64,000 bases of DNA from an uncultured Anaerolineaceae bacterium (GTDB lineage Bacteria; Chloroflexota; Anaerolineae; Anaerolineales; UBA11579). Location of the stretch: the NCBI GenBank assembly GCA_964572455.1, contig CAZNFL010000002.1:1423-65422 (forward strand), in the 5' to 3' direction. Of the stretch, positions 37,595-47,211 are shown piece after piece (position 1 is the first letter of the stretch; each line of letters starts with the position of its first letter). Made by a program: the position numbers and the translations under genes. The notes under the pieces are model-generated. The model did not search any database. It saw only the letters and a program-made list of their open reading frames with translations, and was not told where the DNA came from.

Positions 37595-38773
37595 GTGTTC
37601 AACAAAAAGACTATCAAAGACATAGAGCCGCGCGGCAAGCGCGTGCTGGTCCGCGTGGATTTCAACGTTCCCATCGAGGACGGCGTTGTTCAGGATGACA
37701 CCCGCATTCGGGCTGCGCTGCCCACCATCCAGAACCTACTTGAGCGGGGCGCGGCTGTTTTGCTTTGCTCCCATCTGGGCCGCCCGAAAGATAAGCCTGA
37801 TCCGAAATATTCCCTGCGGCCGGTGGCCGCATATCTCAGTGGGCTGGTTAATGCTCCGGTAAAATTTGTCGACGAATGCGTGGGTCCCAAGGCCGAAGCC
37901 GCTGCCAAAGGCCTAAAGCCTGGTGAGATCTTGCTGCTGGAAAATACCCGCTTTTATCCCGGCGAGACCAAGAACGACCCGCAAATGTCCAAGCAATTAG
38001 CCGCGTTGGCCGACCTTTACGTGAACGACGCCTTTGGCTCGGCCCACCGCGCCCATGCTTCTACGGAAGGTGTGGCGCACTATTTGCCCGCCGTGGCGGG
38101 CTTGCTCATGGAGCAGGAGATTCGCTACCTCGGCCACGTGCTGGCCGACCCCAAGCGCCCCTTTGTCGCTATCCTCGGCGGAGCCAAGGTCAGCGACAAG
38201 ATCGGCGTAATCCGCAATTTGCTGGCTAAGGCCGACCATTTGCTTATCGGCGGCGGGATGGCCAATACCTTCTTCAAGGCCCAGGGTTTGGAGATGGCCG
38301 ATTCTCTGGTTGAAGCCGAAGCCGTTGCCACAGCCAAAGAGCTGCTTGCCGGCGCAACCGGTAAGCTGCACCTTCCCGTGGATCTGGTGATCGCTGACGC
38401 CTTCGACGAAAAAGCAAACCATAAGGTGATGAAGGTCGGGAACATTCCGGCTGGTTGGCGCGTGCTTGATATCGGCCCGGACACTGTGGCAGAATTCAGC
38501 AGCCTAATAAAACAAGCTGGGACCGTAGTTTGGAATGGACCCATGGGCGTATTTGAAATGAAACCCTTCGGGGCCGGCACCTTCGCCCTCGCCAAGGCCG
38601 TCGCCGAATCGGGGGCCGACAGCATCGTGGGCGGCGGCGATTCCGTCTCGGCGCTGCAGCAATCCGGCCTGGCTGATAAGATCACGCACATCTCTACCGG
38701 CGGCGGGGCTTCGCTAGAAATGCTGGAAGGCAAAGTGCTGCCGGGTTTGGCGGCATTACAGGACAAGGACTAA
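37595..38773 (+). CDS. pgk: Phosphoglycerate kinase
   Basis: [42 protein letters not shown]. Confidence 0.98.
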   Translation: MFNKKTIKDIEPRGKRVLVRVDFNVPIEDGVVQDDTRIRAALPTIQNLLERGAAVLLCSHLGRPKDKPDPKYSLRPVAAYLSGLVNAPVKFVDECVGPKAEAAAKGLKPGEILLLENTRFYPGETKNDPQMSKQLAALADLYVNDAFGSAHRAHASTEGVAHYLPAVAGLLMEQEIRYLGHVLADPKRPFVAILGGAKVSDKIGVIRNLLAKADHLLIGGGMANTFFKAQGLEMADSLVEAEAVATAKELLAGATGKLHLPVDLVIADAFDEKANHKVMKVGNIPAGWRVLDIGPDTVAEFSSLIKQAGTVVWNGPMGVFEMKPFGAGTFALAKAVAESGADSIVGGGDSVSALQQSGLADKITHISTGGGASLEMLEGKVLPGLAALQDKD

Positions 38774-38774
38774 T

Positions 38775-39536
38775 ATGGCGCGCACTCCGTTGGTTGCAGG
38801 CAATTGGAAAATGAACAAGACGGCCTCTCAGGCCTTGCGCCTGGTGGAGGAATTATTGCCCGGCATGCAAGCCGTCTCCGGGGTTGAGATCTTGCTCTGT
38901 CCGCCCGCCACCTCGCTGATGGCGCTCTCCGCCGTGTTGGATATGACCGGCATCGCCCTCGGCGCGCAAAACCTGTACTGGGAGAACGAAGGCGCCTTCA
39001 CTGGGGAACTCTCGCCGGCGATGGTGGCCGAGTTTTGCCAGTATGTCATCATCGGCCATTCAGAGCGCCGCACCCTGTTCCACGAAAGTGACCAGGATGT
39101 GCAGCGCAAAGTGCAGGCCGCCCTGGCCGCTGGGCTGCGCCCGGTGCTGTGCCTCGGCGAGACGCTGCAGCAGAATGAAGCCGGCCGCGCCGCCGAGGTT
39201 GTCTCCGCCCAGCTTCGCGCCGCGTTACAGGGCGCAAATATCAATTCGCCTGAGAGTCTCGTGATCGCCTACGAACCCGTGTGGGCCATCGGCACCGGCA
39301 AGGCCGCCACGCCGCAGCCCACCGATACTCTGTTGCGCAATGTGGTGCGCCCGACCCTGGCCGGCCTGCTCGGCGAGCACATGGCCCAGGCGGTGCGCGT
39401 GCTGTATGGCGGTTCAGTGACCGCTGCCAACGCCGCCGACTTCTTTGCCATGCCGGAGATCGACGGCGCCCTGGTGGGCGGCGCCAGCCTGAAAGCCAAC
39501 GAATTCTTAGGAATTATTCGCTCAGCCGCGAACTAA
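38775..39536 (+). CDS. tpiA: Triosephosphate isomerase
   Basis: AGNWKMN, GHSERR, AYEPVWAIGTG, LYGGSV, LVGGASL. Confidence 0.98.
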   Translation: MARTPLVAGNWKMNKTASQALRLVEELLPGMQAVSGVEILLCPPATSLMALSAVLDMTGIALGAQNLYWENEGAFTGELSPAMVAEFCQYVIIGHSERRTLFHESDQDVQRKVQAALAAGLRPVLCLGETLQQNEAGRAAEVVSAQLRAALQGANINSPESLVIAYEPVWAIGTGKAATPQPTDTLLRNVVRPTLAGLLGEHMAQAVRVLYGGSVTAANAADFFAMPEIDGALVGGASLKANEFLGIIRSAAN

Positions 39537-39557
39537 GCGGGGCGTATTGTTTGGGTC

Positions 39558-40184
39558 TTAGCCAGTGCCAAACTGGCGGTCGCCAGCGTCGCCCAGACCG
39601 GGCACGATATAGCCGATCTCGTTCAGATGGCTGTCAATCGCCCCAAGGTAGATTGGCACATCCGGATGGGTCTTGCTCAGCAGTTCAATTCCTTCCGGGG
39701 CGCCAATGATCCCAACATATCTAATGTTCTTCACGCCCCACTCCTTGAGCAGACTCACCGTCGCCGTGGCCGAACCCCCGGTGGCCAGCATGGGATCCAG
39801 CACCAGGCAGGCGCCTACCGTCGGCAGGGTGGGCAACTTGTTGTAATACTGCACGGGCTGCAGCGTCTTTTCATCCCGGTATAAGCCGATATGCCACACC
39901 TGCGCATCCGGCAGCAGGTCCCAAACTCCATCCACCATCCCCAGCCCGGCCCGCAGGATGGGCACCAGGCCAATGTTGTCTTTCGTGGCGCTGCCCTTCG
40001 CCTTTCCCATCGGTGTTTCGACCTCTCTGGCTTCCATCGCCAGGTCGGCGGTGGCTTCATAAGTCAGTAACGCGCTGATCTCGCGCACCAGTTCGCGGAA
40101 TTTGCGCGGCTCGGTGTTCTTATCGCGCAGAATGGTCAGCTTATGCAGCACCAGCGGGTGGTTGGACGCATGGACGTTGGACAT
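39558..40184 (-). CDS. upp: Uracil phosphoribosyltransferase
   Basis: [36 protein letters not shown]; GAGGA RBS before ATG 40184. Confidence 0.96.
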   Translation of the reverse strand: MSNVHASNHPLVLHKLTILRDKNTEPRKFRELVREISALLTYEATADLAMEAREVETPMGKAKGSATKDNIGLVPILRAGLGMVDGVWDLLPDAQVWHIGLYRDEKTLQPVQYYNKLPTLPTVGACLVLDPMLATGGSATATVSLLKEWGVKNIRYVGIIGAPEGIELLSKTHPDVPIYLGAIDSHLNEIGYIVPGLGDAGDRQFGTG

Positions 40185-40280
40185 AGGTTCCTCGGCTTTG
40201 GGCATTATAGTTCATGCCCAGCCATGGATTTGTTTCGAGTGGCTAAGCGAGCGTTTGTGCTCGCCATGTATAATCGTTCA

Positions 40281-41309
40281 ATGAGCAGTTCTCAGCCGCG
40301 TCTCATCGATCCACTGCGCCGCACTGACGACAAGATCGATCCCTCGCTGCGCCCGCGCACCCTGGACGAACTCATCGGCCAGGATAACGTTCGGGAAAAC
40401 CTGGCCATCCTCATTGCTGCCGCGCGGCAGCGAGCCGAGTCGTTGGATCACGTTCTCTTCTACGGCCCCCCTGGCCTGGGCAAAACGACCCTGGCCCATA
40501 TTCTTGCCAACGAGATGGGTGTCAATATCAAAGTCACCTCAGGCCCGGCCATCGAACGCCAGGGCGACCTGGCGGCGATATTGAGCAACATGAATCAAGG
40601 CGATGTTTTGTTCTTGGATGAGATCCATCGCCTTGGCAAGGCCATCGAAGAAGTGCTTTATCCAGCCATGGAAGATTTTTCCCTCGACATCGTGATCGGC
40701 AAGGGCCCCGCCGCCCGCGCCATCCGCCTCAAATTGCCTCGCTTCACTGTGGTCGGCGCTACCACCCGGCTTGCCCTGTTAACCGCGCCGTTGCGCGCCC
40801 GGTTTGGCGCCACCTTCCGCCTGGACTATTACGACTCGGCCGCCATCCGCGCCATCCTGGAGCGCGCCGCCGGTCAGCTTGGCGTCGAGGCGGCCAACGG
40901 GGGCCTGGAGCTGATCGCCTTGCGCTCGCGTGGCACCCCGCGAGTGGCCTTGCGTTTGCTGCGCCGCGTGCGCGATTTTGCCCAAGTGCGCGCCCAGGGG
41001 GTGGTTACAGATCAGGTGGCGCGCGACGCCCTGGACCTGCTGGAGGTGGATGAGCTGGGCCTGGACGAACTCGACCGGCGCGTGCTGCGCACCATAATCG
41101 ATAAATATGGCTGCGGGCCGGTCGGCCTCAATACCATCGCCGCTTCGGTGAGCGAAGAGGCCGACACCATCATGGATGTCGTCGAACCCTATCTGATGCA
41201 ATTGGGTTTTCTGGAACGCCGCTCCCAGGGCCGCCTGGCCACCGCCCAGGCCTGCGCCCATTTGGGCCTGCCATATACCGGCCAGCCCAATACCCCCACC
41301 TTGTTCTAA
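40281..41309 (+). CDS. ruvB: Holliday junction branch-migration helicase RuvB
   Basis: [33 protein letters not shown]. Confidence 0.96.
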   Translation: MSSSQPRLIDPLRRTDDKIDPSLRPRTLDELIGQDNVRENLAILIAAARQRAESLDHVLFYGPPGLGKTTLAHILANEMGVNIKVTSGPAIERQGDLAAILSNMNQGDVLFLDEIHRLGKAIEEVLYPAMEDFSLDIVIGKGPAARAIRLKLPRFTVVGATTRLALLTAPLRARFGATFRLDYYDSAAIRAILERAAGQLGVEAANGGLELIALRSRGTPRVALRLLRRVRDFAQVRAQGVVTDQVARDALDLLEVDELGLDELDRRVLRTIIDKYGCGPVGLNTIAASVSEEADTIMDVVEPYLMQLGFLERRSQGRLATAQACAHLGLPYTGQPNTPTLF

Positions 41310-41310
41310 C

Positions 41311-41533
41311 ATGCCCGACCTGGGCCGTATTCTCGTCATTCTTGGGATCGTGCTGCTGGTGGTTGGCGACCTGTTCATTCTGCTGCCTCGGCTTGGGCTG
41401 CCTCTCGGCCGTTTGCCCGGCGACCTGCGCTTGAAACTAGTCGGTTCACCTGTCTTATCCCGATTGCACCAGTGTGGTTTTGTCCATCTTGTTGACGATC
41501 GGTTTGAACTTGCTGGCTCGTTTCTTTAAATAA
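41311..41533 (+). pseudogene. DUF2905 (YrzS-like) small membrane protein with two apparent 1-nt deletions
   Basis: LGRLPGD motif, located between ruvB and queA. Restoring two bases gives ...R(F)ETSRFTCLIPI(A)TSVVLSILLTIGLNLLARFFK*. May be sequencing error. Confidence 0.7.
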
Positions 41534-41548
41534 CTGCATCTTCTGGAT

Positions 41549-42568
41549 TTGAAAACTTCTGATTTCGATTACAGCCTTCCGCCCGGGCAGATCGCCCAGG
41601 TGCCGCTGGAACAGCGCGATGCTTCCCGCCTGCTGGTTTTAGATCGCGCCAAACGTTCGCAAACCCATACCACCTTCCGCAAGCTTGTAGATTTCCTCAA
41701 CCCCGGTGACCTGCTGGTGCTCAATCGCAGCCGGGTCATCCTGGCTCGCCTGCTGGCACGCAAAATGTCGGGTGGTGGCAGGGTCGAATTGCTTTTACTG
41801 GAAAAACTAAATGACCGCAGTTGGAAGGTTCTGGTCGGCGGCAAAGGCCTAAACGTCGGCAAACAGCTTGAATTGCAAAACGGCATGGCCGCCACCATTA
41901 AGCAGGACCTGGGTGGCGCCCAGCGCCTGCTTGCTTTCGATCAGCCTATTGAATCCGAATTAGGTCGCCTAGGCGCGGTCCCGCTGCCACCCTATATTCA
42001 CGCCCAGTTAGCTGACCCGGAGCGCTACCAAACCGTCTACGCCCATGAGCCGGGGTCGGCAGCCGCGCCGACGGCGGGGCTGCATTTCACCCCGCAATTG
42101 ATGGATAAGATCAAAGCCAGGGGAGCTAATTTCGCTGAACTAACCCTGCACATCGGCCTGGATACCTTTGCCCCAGTTAACGAGGAAGACCCGCTCCAGC
42201 ATCAAATTCATACAGAATGGTGCCGGCTAACCGAGCAAACGGCCCGGCTGGTGAATGAAACCCGCGCTACTGGCGGCCGCGTGATCGCGGTGGGCACTAC
42301 CTCCCTGCGCGTCTTGGAAAGCGCCGCGGCCCTTTCCTCCTCTCGGGGCGTTGCACCCTTTGAGGGTCGCACGGATCTATTCATTCTTCCGGGTTATAAA
42401 TTCCATATTGTCGATGCCATGCTTACGAATTTCCACTTACCCCGCTCGACATTATTAATGCTGGTCAGCGCTTTTGCGGGCCGCGACCTTATCCTCGAAA
42501 CGTACCGCGCAGCGATCTCCGCAGGCTACCGGTTTTACTCTTTCGGGGATGCAATGTTTATCGTTTAA
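41549..42568 (+). CDS. queA: S-adenosylmethionine:tRNA ribosyltransferase-isomerase
   Basis: DFDY.LP, PLPPYI, YQTVYA, AAPTAGLHF, TNFHLPRSTL, YRFYSFGD. Confidence 0.96.
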   Translation: MKTSDFDYSLPPGQIAQVPLEQRDASRLLVLDRAKRSQTHTTFRKLVDFLNPGDLLVLNRSRVILARLLARKMSGGGRVELLLLEKLNDRSWKVLVGGKGLNVGKQLELQNGMAATIKQDLGGAQRLLAFDQPIESELGRLGAVPLPPYIHAQLADPERYQTVYAHEPGSAAAPTAGLHFTPQLMDKIKARGANFAELTLHIGLDTFAPVNEEDPLQHQIHTEWCRLTEQTARLVNETRATGGRVIAVGTTSLRVLESAAALSSSRGVAPFEGRTDLFILPGYKFHIVDAMLTNFHLPRSTLLMLVSAFAGRDLILETYRAAISAGYRFYSFGDAMFIV

Positions 42569-45500
42569 ACCGGGGTTAGCACGGTCTCGTCCAAGGCTTT
42601 GATAAAGGCCTGGACCACTTCGGGATCAAATTGGCTGCCGCTGCAGTGCTTAAGTTCCTGGAGGGCTTCCTCGTGGCTGCGCGCTTTACGGTACACGCGC
42701 TCATCCGTCATTGCCACATACGCATCTGCTACGCTGATGATGCGCGCCACCTTAGGGATGGCAGTGTCGCGCAGGCCGTCCGGATAGCCCAGGCCGTCAT
42801 ACCGTTCCTGGTGGGCACGGATGATGGGGGCCACGCTGGAAAGCGACTTTACTCTTTCTACAATGCGCGCCCCGATCTCCGGATGTTGGTGCATGATCTT
42901 TTCTTCATCCGCTTCCAAAACCCCGGGCTTTCTCAGAATATCGTCTGGCACGCCGATCTTGCCGATGTCGTGCAGCAAGGCTCCCCAACGAATGTTGATT
43001 AATTCGCCCTCGGTGCATCCCATCAATTCGCCGGTCTTCACCGCCAGGTCAGCCAACCGCTGGCTGTGGCCGCTGGTATAGGTGTCGCGCACATCGATGG
43101 CGCTTGCCAGGGCCCCGACGGTTTGTACGTAGGCTTCCTGCGCCTCATCGAACAACCGCGCATTCTCCAGGGCAATGCCTGCATGGTTGGCGAACGTGGA
43201 TACCAGCTGTGCGTCGGCTTGGCTGAACTGCTTCGTGCGGAAGCCGTCCACCGTAAGCACACCGATGGATTCGCCGCGTACGATCAAGGGAGCGCCGATC
43301 CAGGATTTGATCATTGCCGACGTGGGGCTTTTTACCCAATCGGGGTGCTTGGTAATATCCTCATAGATCATCGTACGATGCTCAAACAGTAGCGGATGAG
43401 CCAGCTTGTCTGTCTCGATGGGGATTTCGAAGCCGATAATGTTGTTGAGCAGGGACCCGGCATAAGCGCGCACACTCAGGTTCTCGCCTTTGATAATCTG
43501 GATCGAGGCGCTGTCGAAGGGTACCACCCGCTTCAACTGCTCCAGGATCAAATTGAGCACATTGGAGCTGTCGGTGGCGCTTCCCAAAATGGCGGCCACC
43601 TCTCGCAGCGTCTCGGCTTGCTCGCGTTGGACGCGCTCGGCAACGAACAGCCTCAGTTTGTCAATAGCCGTGCCCAGTTGGCCGCCGATCGTGTTCAGCA
43701 GCTGCAGGTCTTTGTCCGAGAAGGCATTCACTTCCGCACTTTCCGCATTGATCACACCCAAGACCCGGTTGTTGTTGGCCAGGATGGGGACGCATAGTTC
43801 CGAGCGCATGTTGGGGCTGACGTTGAGATAGTATGGTTCCTGGCGCACGTCTGCCACCCGCCAGGGTTTCCCCGTGACGGCTACCTTGCCGGTGATCCCC
43901 TCCGAAAGCGGCACTTGCCTCTCTTTGGTCTCCTCGCTAATGCCGCGGTAGCTGCGGTTGACCATTAAAACTGCGGAATCTGCGTCCAGCATCAGGAAAC
44001 CGAATTGGTCCGGATATAAACTGTCGCCGATGATCTCAGTAGCCCGTTCCAGCAGCTCGTCCTCGCTTTTGGCGTTGACCGCCGCGTGCGTGATGGCGTG
44101 CAGCAGGGTCAGTTCCTGCAGTTGCCTGCGTGTCGAATCGAACAGATTGATGCCTTCCAGGGCGATCGAGATCTGGTCGCACAGGGTGCTTAGGGCTTCC
44201 ACTTCATATTCATCGAATGCATTTAATTCGTTGCTCTCGATATTGAGCAACGCAACTACGCGCTTGTAGATCTTGATCGGAATGATCAATTCGGAATTGA
44301 TCATTTCGTGGCCGGGCACCTGCTTATACTCGGAGCGCTCGTGAACGTTGTTGGCCACCACCACCTTGCCGCTGCGGGCGGCCACATCCAGCAACCCGTC
44401 GCCAAACTGCTGGCGATACCCGCTCTCGGCAACCAATGGTTCGAAAGTGCCGCTCACGGCCGAGAGCACGTATTCCCGGCTTCCCTCGTCAACCACCGAA
44501 ATGTCTGTCGAGACGTAGTTCATGTCCTTGTTTAGGCGTTCCACGACGATCTTGAATAATTTCTCCTGGTCCAAAACCCCGCTCATTTCGCCGGTCAGCT
44601 TGTTCAAAATGCCAAGCTGCTTGGTGCGCTGCCGTTCGGAGGCGGCGTTGCGTAGCCGCTCAATGCCGCTGGCCAGCTGCCCGGAGAGGGTAAGCAAAAG
44701 CTGCTCATCCGTTTCGCTGAAGTGATCTAGCTCACTGCTTTCGGCGTTGATCACGCCGATCACTCGGTCTCCGATCGTCATTGGTACGCATAATTCGGAT
44801 TGGGTGTCCTCATTGCAACCAAGGTAATTTTTTACCCGGTGTGTATTGGCCACTCGCATGGTCAGGCCCTTGGCAGCCACCTGGCCGGTGATGCCTTTGC
44901 CCAGGGGAATGCTGAGAACGTTAAGCGCGTTTCCGGTTTCGTACGACGGATGCACCTTGAGTTGGTTGTCTACCCTATCCAGCATAAGCACACCCAAATC
45001 CTCTGGATAGAGATTTTCTCGAATTAAAAGGGTCGCCCGCTCGATAAGTTCGTCTTCACTGGTCGCTTCGGTGGCGATTGCGGACACCTGATATAAGATG
45101 CTCAGTTCTTGCACTTGCCGGCGGGTGGCTCCAAATAAGCGTGCATTTTCGATCGCCACGGCCACTTGGTGGCATAGTGTCTGGGCCAAATAGATCTCGC
45201 GGTCGCTGAAGGTGCGCGGTCCCCGCGTTTCTTGCAATTCCACCAAGCCCATGGTCTTGTTCTGGGCAACCAGTGGTAAAAGCAGCAGCGTGGATATCTT
45301 CGCTTTTTTGAACGCGGCCTTTTCTTTAACCGTCAGGCCGGGGTCATCGGTGTGCTTTTGGATGGGCAGGTTCTTTTCCACTACCTGGGTAAGGGATAGC
45401 TGCTCGGCTAATGAAACCATTTTATATGTTTGCGGTAAATGGGTCACCCTGGGGTTGGCAAACATCGTGTGAGCCTTGATCCCCGGGTTGGGCCGCCAAT

Positions 45501-45732
45501 CGGCCAGGATACAAATAGGCACGTCCAGCAGGTTGGTCAACTGCTGCGCGATGAGCTGCAGCACTTTGTCCACATCCAGGCTTGAGACAATACTGGCGCC
45601 GGCGATAGCCAAGGCAGCCAGATCCTCGGTATTGTCACGCTCAGCCCCGGGGTTTGCCTGGTACCTGGAATCGGTCATCGAACGGCTATTGCTCCGTAAT
45701 GTTTTTTCCTGGTCATGCGATTTAAGCAGCAT
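42565..45732 (-). CDS. Five-GAF HD-GYP cyclic-dinucleotide phosphodiesterase
   Basis: Five GAF repeats ending in A.A(I/L)E/D.A/LRL-type helices; GHS.R, LHDIGK, HQERYDG.GYP, VADAYVAM. Start position uncertain. Confidence 0.9.
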   Translation of the reverse strand: MLLKSHDQEKTLRSNSRSMTDSRYQANPGAERDNTEDLAALAIAGASIVSSLDVDKVLQLIAQQLTNLLDVPICILADWRPNPGIKAHTMFANPRVTHLPQTYKMVSLAEQLSLTQVVEKNLPIQKHTDDPGLTVKEKAAFKKAKISTLLLLPLVAQNKTMGLVELQETRGPRTFSDREIYLAQTLCHQVAVAIENARLFGATRRQVQELSILYQVSAIATEATSEDELIERATLLIRENLYPEDLGVLMLDRVDNQLKVHPSYETGNALNVLSIPLGKGITGQVAAKGLTMRVANTHRVKNYLGCNEDTQSELCVPMTIGDRVIGVINAESSELDHFSETDEQLLLTLSGQLASGIERLRNAASERQRTKQLGILNKLTGEMSGVLDQEKLFKIVVERLNKDMNYVSTDISVVDEGSREYVLSAVSGTFEPLVAESGYRQQFGDGLLDVAARSGKVVVANNVHERSEYKQVPGHEMINSELIIPIKIYKRVVALLNIESNELNAFDEYEVEALSTLCDQISIALEGINLFDSTRRQLQELTLLHAITHAAVNAKSEDELLERATEIIGDSLYPDQFGFLMLDADSAVLMVNRSYRGISEETKERQVPLSEGITGKVAVTGKPWRVADVRQEPYYLNVSPNMRSELCVPILANNNRVLGVINAESAEVNAFSDKDLQLLNTIGGQLGTAIDKLRLFVAERVQREQAETLREVAAILGSATDSSNVLNLILEQLKRVVPFDSASIQIIKGENLSVRAYAGSLLNNIIGFEIPIETDKLAHPLLFEHRTMIYEDITKHPDWVKSPTSAMIKSWIGAPLIVRGESIGVLTVDGFRTKQFSQADAQLVSTFANHAGIALENARLFDEAQEAYVQTVGALASAIDVRDTYTSGHSQRLADLAVKTGELMGCTEGELINIRWGALLHDIGKIGVPDDILRKPGVLEADEEKIMHQHPEIGARIVERVKSLSSVAPIIRAHQERYDGLGYPDGLRDTAIPKVARIISVADAYVAMTDERVYRKARSHEEALQELKHCSGSQFDPEVVQAFIKALDETVLTPV

Positions 45733-45898
45733 AGCTTACCTTAGTCATCCTCACAGCTTACGATCCGCTTTTCCGGGGAAGCACCCCGGCTCCACTTTAA
45801 GAACACTAGTGTGAGTCATCTTCACCCACACCCCTGGTCTTAATCTTGACCCTGAGGGTCTTATTTTTGTGTTTTCAGTGACAAGCCGCTGTCACGGG

Positions 45899-46114
45899 TT
45901 ACGCAACTGCTGTGCCGGGTTGGATGAGCCCGCTCAGGTGGCGAATGAACTGGTCCAGATCCATAGCCTGGATGGACATCACTGCCTGGGCTTCTTCGTC
46001 ATTCAACTGGAAGGCGCCGAGGCGCTCCTGCAGCTGGCCATTCAACACCGCCGTCTTGAACTCGTTGTCCAGCAAAGCTTGTGTAGCGATTGCATTCAGT
46101 TTTAGTTTAGACAT
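45899..46114 (-). CDS. 71-aa helical protein, NHLP/Nif11-clan-like (copy 3)
   Basis: AAGGAGA RBS; MSKLKLNAIATQALLDNEFKTAVLNG...FQLNDEEAQAVMSI; protein identical to copy 2. The track's 113-aa version uses an unlikely upstream start. Confidence 0.8.
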   Translation of the reverse strand: MSKLKLNAIATQALLDNEFKTAVLNGQLQERLGAFQLNDEEAQAVMSIQAMDLDQFIRHLSGLIQPGTAVA

Positions 46115-46148
46115 TGCAAATCTCCTTATTTTTTTAGTCGTGCAGACC

Positions 46149-46313
46149 TTAGTGGTCGGTGCCGATGCCGCCGCCCATGGGGCCTTCAAATTGAACACCA
46201 GTGCCAATGCCGCCGCCCATGGGGCCTTCAAATTGAACACCAGTGCCGATGCCGCCGCCCATAGGGCCTTCGAATTGAACGCCGGTTCCGCTTGTCATCT
46301 GTGTTTTAGACAT
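46149..46313 (-). CDS. 54-aa Gly-rich peptide with three tandem 14-aa cores
   Basis: AGGAGA RBS; MSKTQMTS-(GTGVQFEGPMGGGI)x3-GTDH*; the repeats differ only at synonymous sites. Confidence 0.8.
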   Translation of the reverse strand: MSKTQMTSGTGVQFEGPMGGGIGTGVQFEGPMGGGIGTGVQFEGPMGGGIGTDH

Positions 46314-46349
46314 TTTCGAGTCTCCTATCGTAGTTTGGTTGAAGAATGG

Positions 46350-46565
46350 TTACGCAACTGCTGTGCCGGGTTGGATCAGTCCGCTCAGGTGGCGAATGAA
46401 CTGGTCCAGATCCATAGCCTGGATGGACATCACTGCCTGGGCTTCTTCGTCATTCAACTGGAAGGCGCCGAGGCGCTCCTGCAGCTGGCCATTCAACACC
46501 GCCGTCTTGAACTCGTTGTCCAGCAAAGCTTGTGTAGCGATTGCATTCAGTTTTAGTTTAGACAT
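46350..46565 (-). CDS. 71-aa helical protein, NHLP/Nif11-clan-like (copy 2)
   Basis: AAGGAGA RBS; A..D..F...L pattern and L..EE motif. Confidence 0.82.
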   Translation of the reverse strand: MSKLKLNAIATQALLDNEFKTAVLNGQLQERLGAFQLNDEEAQAVMSIQAMDLDQFIRHLSGLIQPGTAVA

Positions 46566-46599
46566 TGCAAATCTCCTTATTTTTTTAGTCGTGCAGACC

Positions 46600-46680
46600 T
46601 TAGTGGTCGGTGCCGATGCCGCCGCCCATGGGGCCTTCGAATTGAACGCCGGTTCCGCCTGTCATCTGTGTTTTAGACAT
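46600..46680 (-). CDS. 26-aa Gly-rich peptide with one 14-aa core
   Basis: AGGAGA RBS; MSKTQMTG-GTGVQFEGPMGGGI-GTDH*. Confidence 0.78.
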   Translation of the reverse strand: MSKTQMTGGTGVQFEGPMGGGIGTDH

Positions 46681-46716
46681 TTTCGATTCTCCTAGCGTAG
46701 TTTGGTTGAAAAATGT

Positions 46717-46932
46717 TTAGGCAACTGTAGTGCCGGGTTGGATCAGTCCGCTCAGGTGGCGAATGAACTGGTCCAGATCCATAGCCTGGATGGACATCAC
46801 TGCCTGGGCTTCTTCGTCATTCAGCTGGAAGGCGCCGAGGCGATCTTGCAGCTGGCCATTCAACACCGCCGTCTTGAACTCGTTGTCCAGTAAAGCTTGT
46901 GTGGCAATCGCATTCAGTTTTAGTTTAGACAT
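46717..46932 (-). CDS. 71-aa helical protein, NHLP/Nif11-clan-like (copy 1)
   Basis: AAGGAGA RBS; differs from copies 2 and 3 by E>D and A>T plus synonymous changes. Confidence 0.82.
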   Translation of the reverse strand: MSKLKLNAIATQALLDNEFKTAVLNGQLQDRLGAFQLNDEEAQAVMSIQAMDLDQFIRHLSGLIQPGTTVA

Positions 46933-46971
46933 CTCAATCTCCTTGTTTTTGCATAGGTGTTATTAGTCGTG

Positions 46972-47043
46972 CTAGCGCACAACAGTTGATGGTTGGTACC
47001 AAAGTACCGCCCATGGCGTTACAACATCTGTTTTTTTAGACGT
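46972..47043 (-). pseudogene. Degenerate copy of the peptide gene
   Basis: AGGAGG then ACG-TCT-AAA (intact copies have ATG-TCT-AAA), ..CAGATG.., and ATGGGCGGTACTTTGGTACCAACCAT aligning with MGGGIGTDH codons after a 1-nt gap. Confidence 0.6.
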
Positions 47044-47133
47044 TTCAACCTCCTAAAAGCATAGGTTTGCAGGTGGGCATCCTATCCGAGGCCCTATGAA
47101 CGCAGATATGAGCAAGGTCTGTGCCAGGGGACC

Positions 47134-47164
47134 AAAAAGGCCACCCCCAACCCTTGGTAGCCTT
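47134..47164 (-). terminator. Putative intrinsic terminator after the STAND regulator
   Basis: Minus strand aaggctacc-aagggttggg-ggtggcctt-ttt. Confidence 0.5.
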
Positions 47165-47211
47165 GCTGGCGGCGTTGCTTTTGGAACATTGTCGTCTACA
47201 TGGTGGCCTCC

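Noticed and set aside
45733-45898. c-di-GMP riboswitch upstream of the HD-GYP gene
   Set aside because: Small hairpins are present, but I could not match the class I or II consensus by eye; an Infernal search would settle it.
46149-46290. 42-bp tandem repeats as a CRISPR array
   Set aside because: The repeats are contiguous with no unique spacers, vary only at silent codon positions, and no cas genes are present; they are coding repeats.
45869-46966. Plus-strand ORFs across the tandem array
   Set aside because: Antisense to RBS-led minus-strand ORFs whose frames explain the pattern of silent substitutions.
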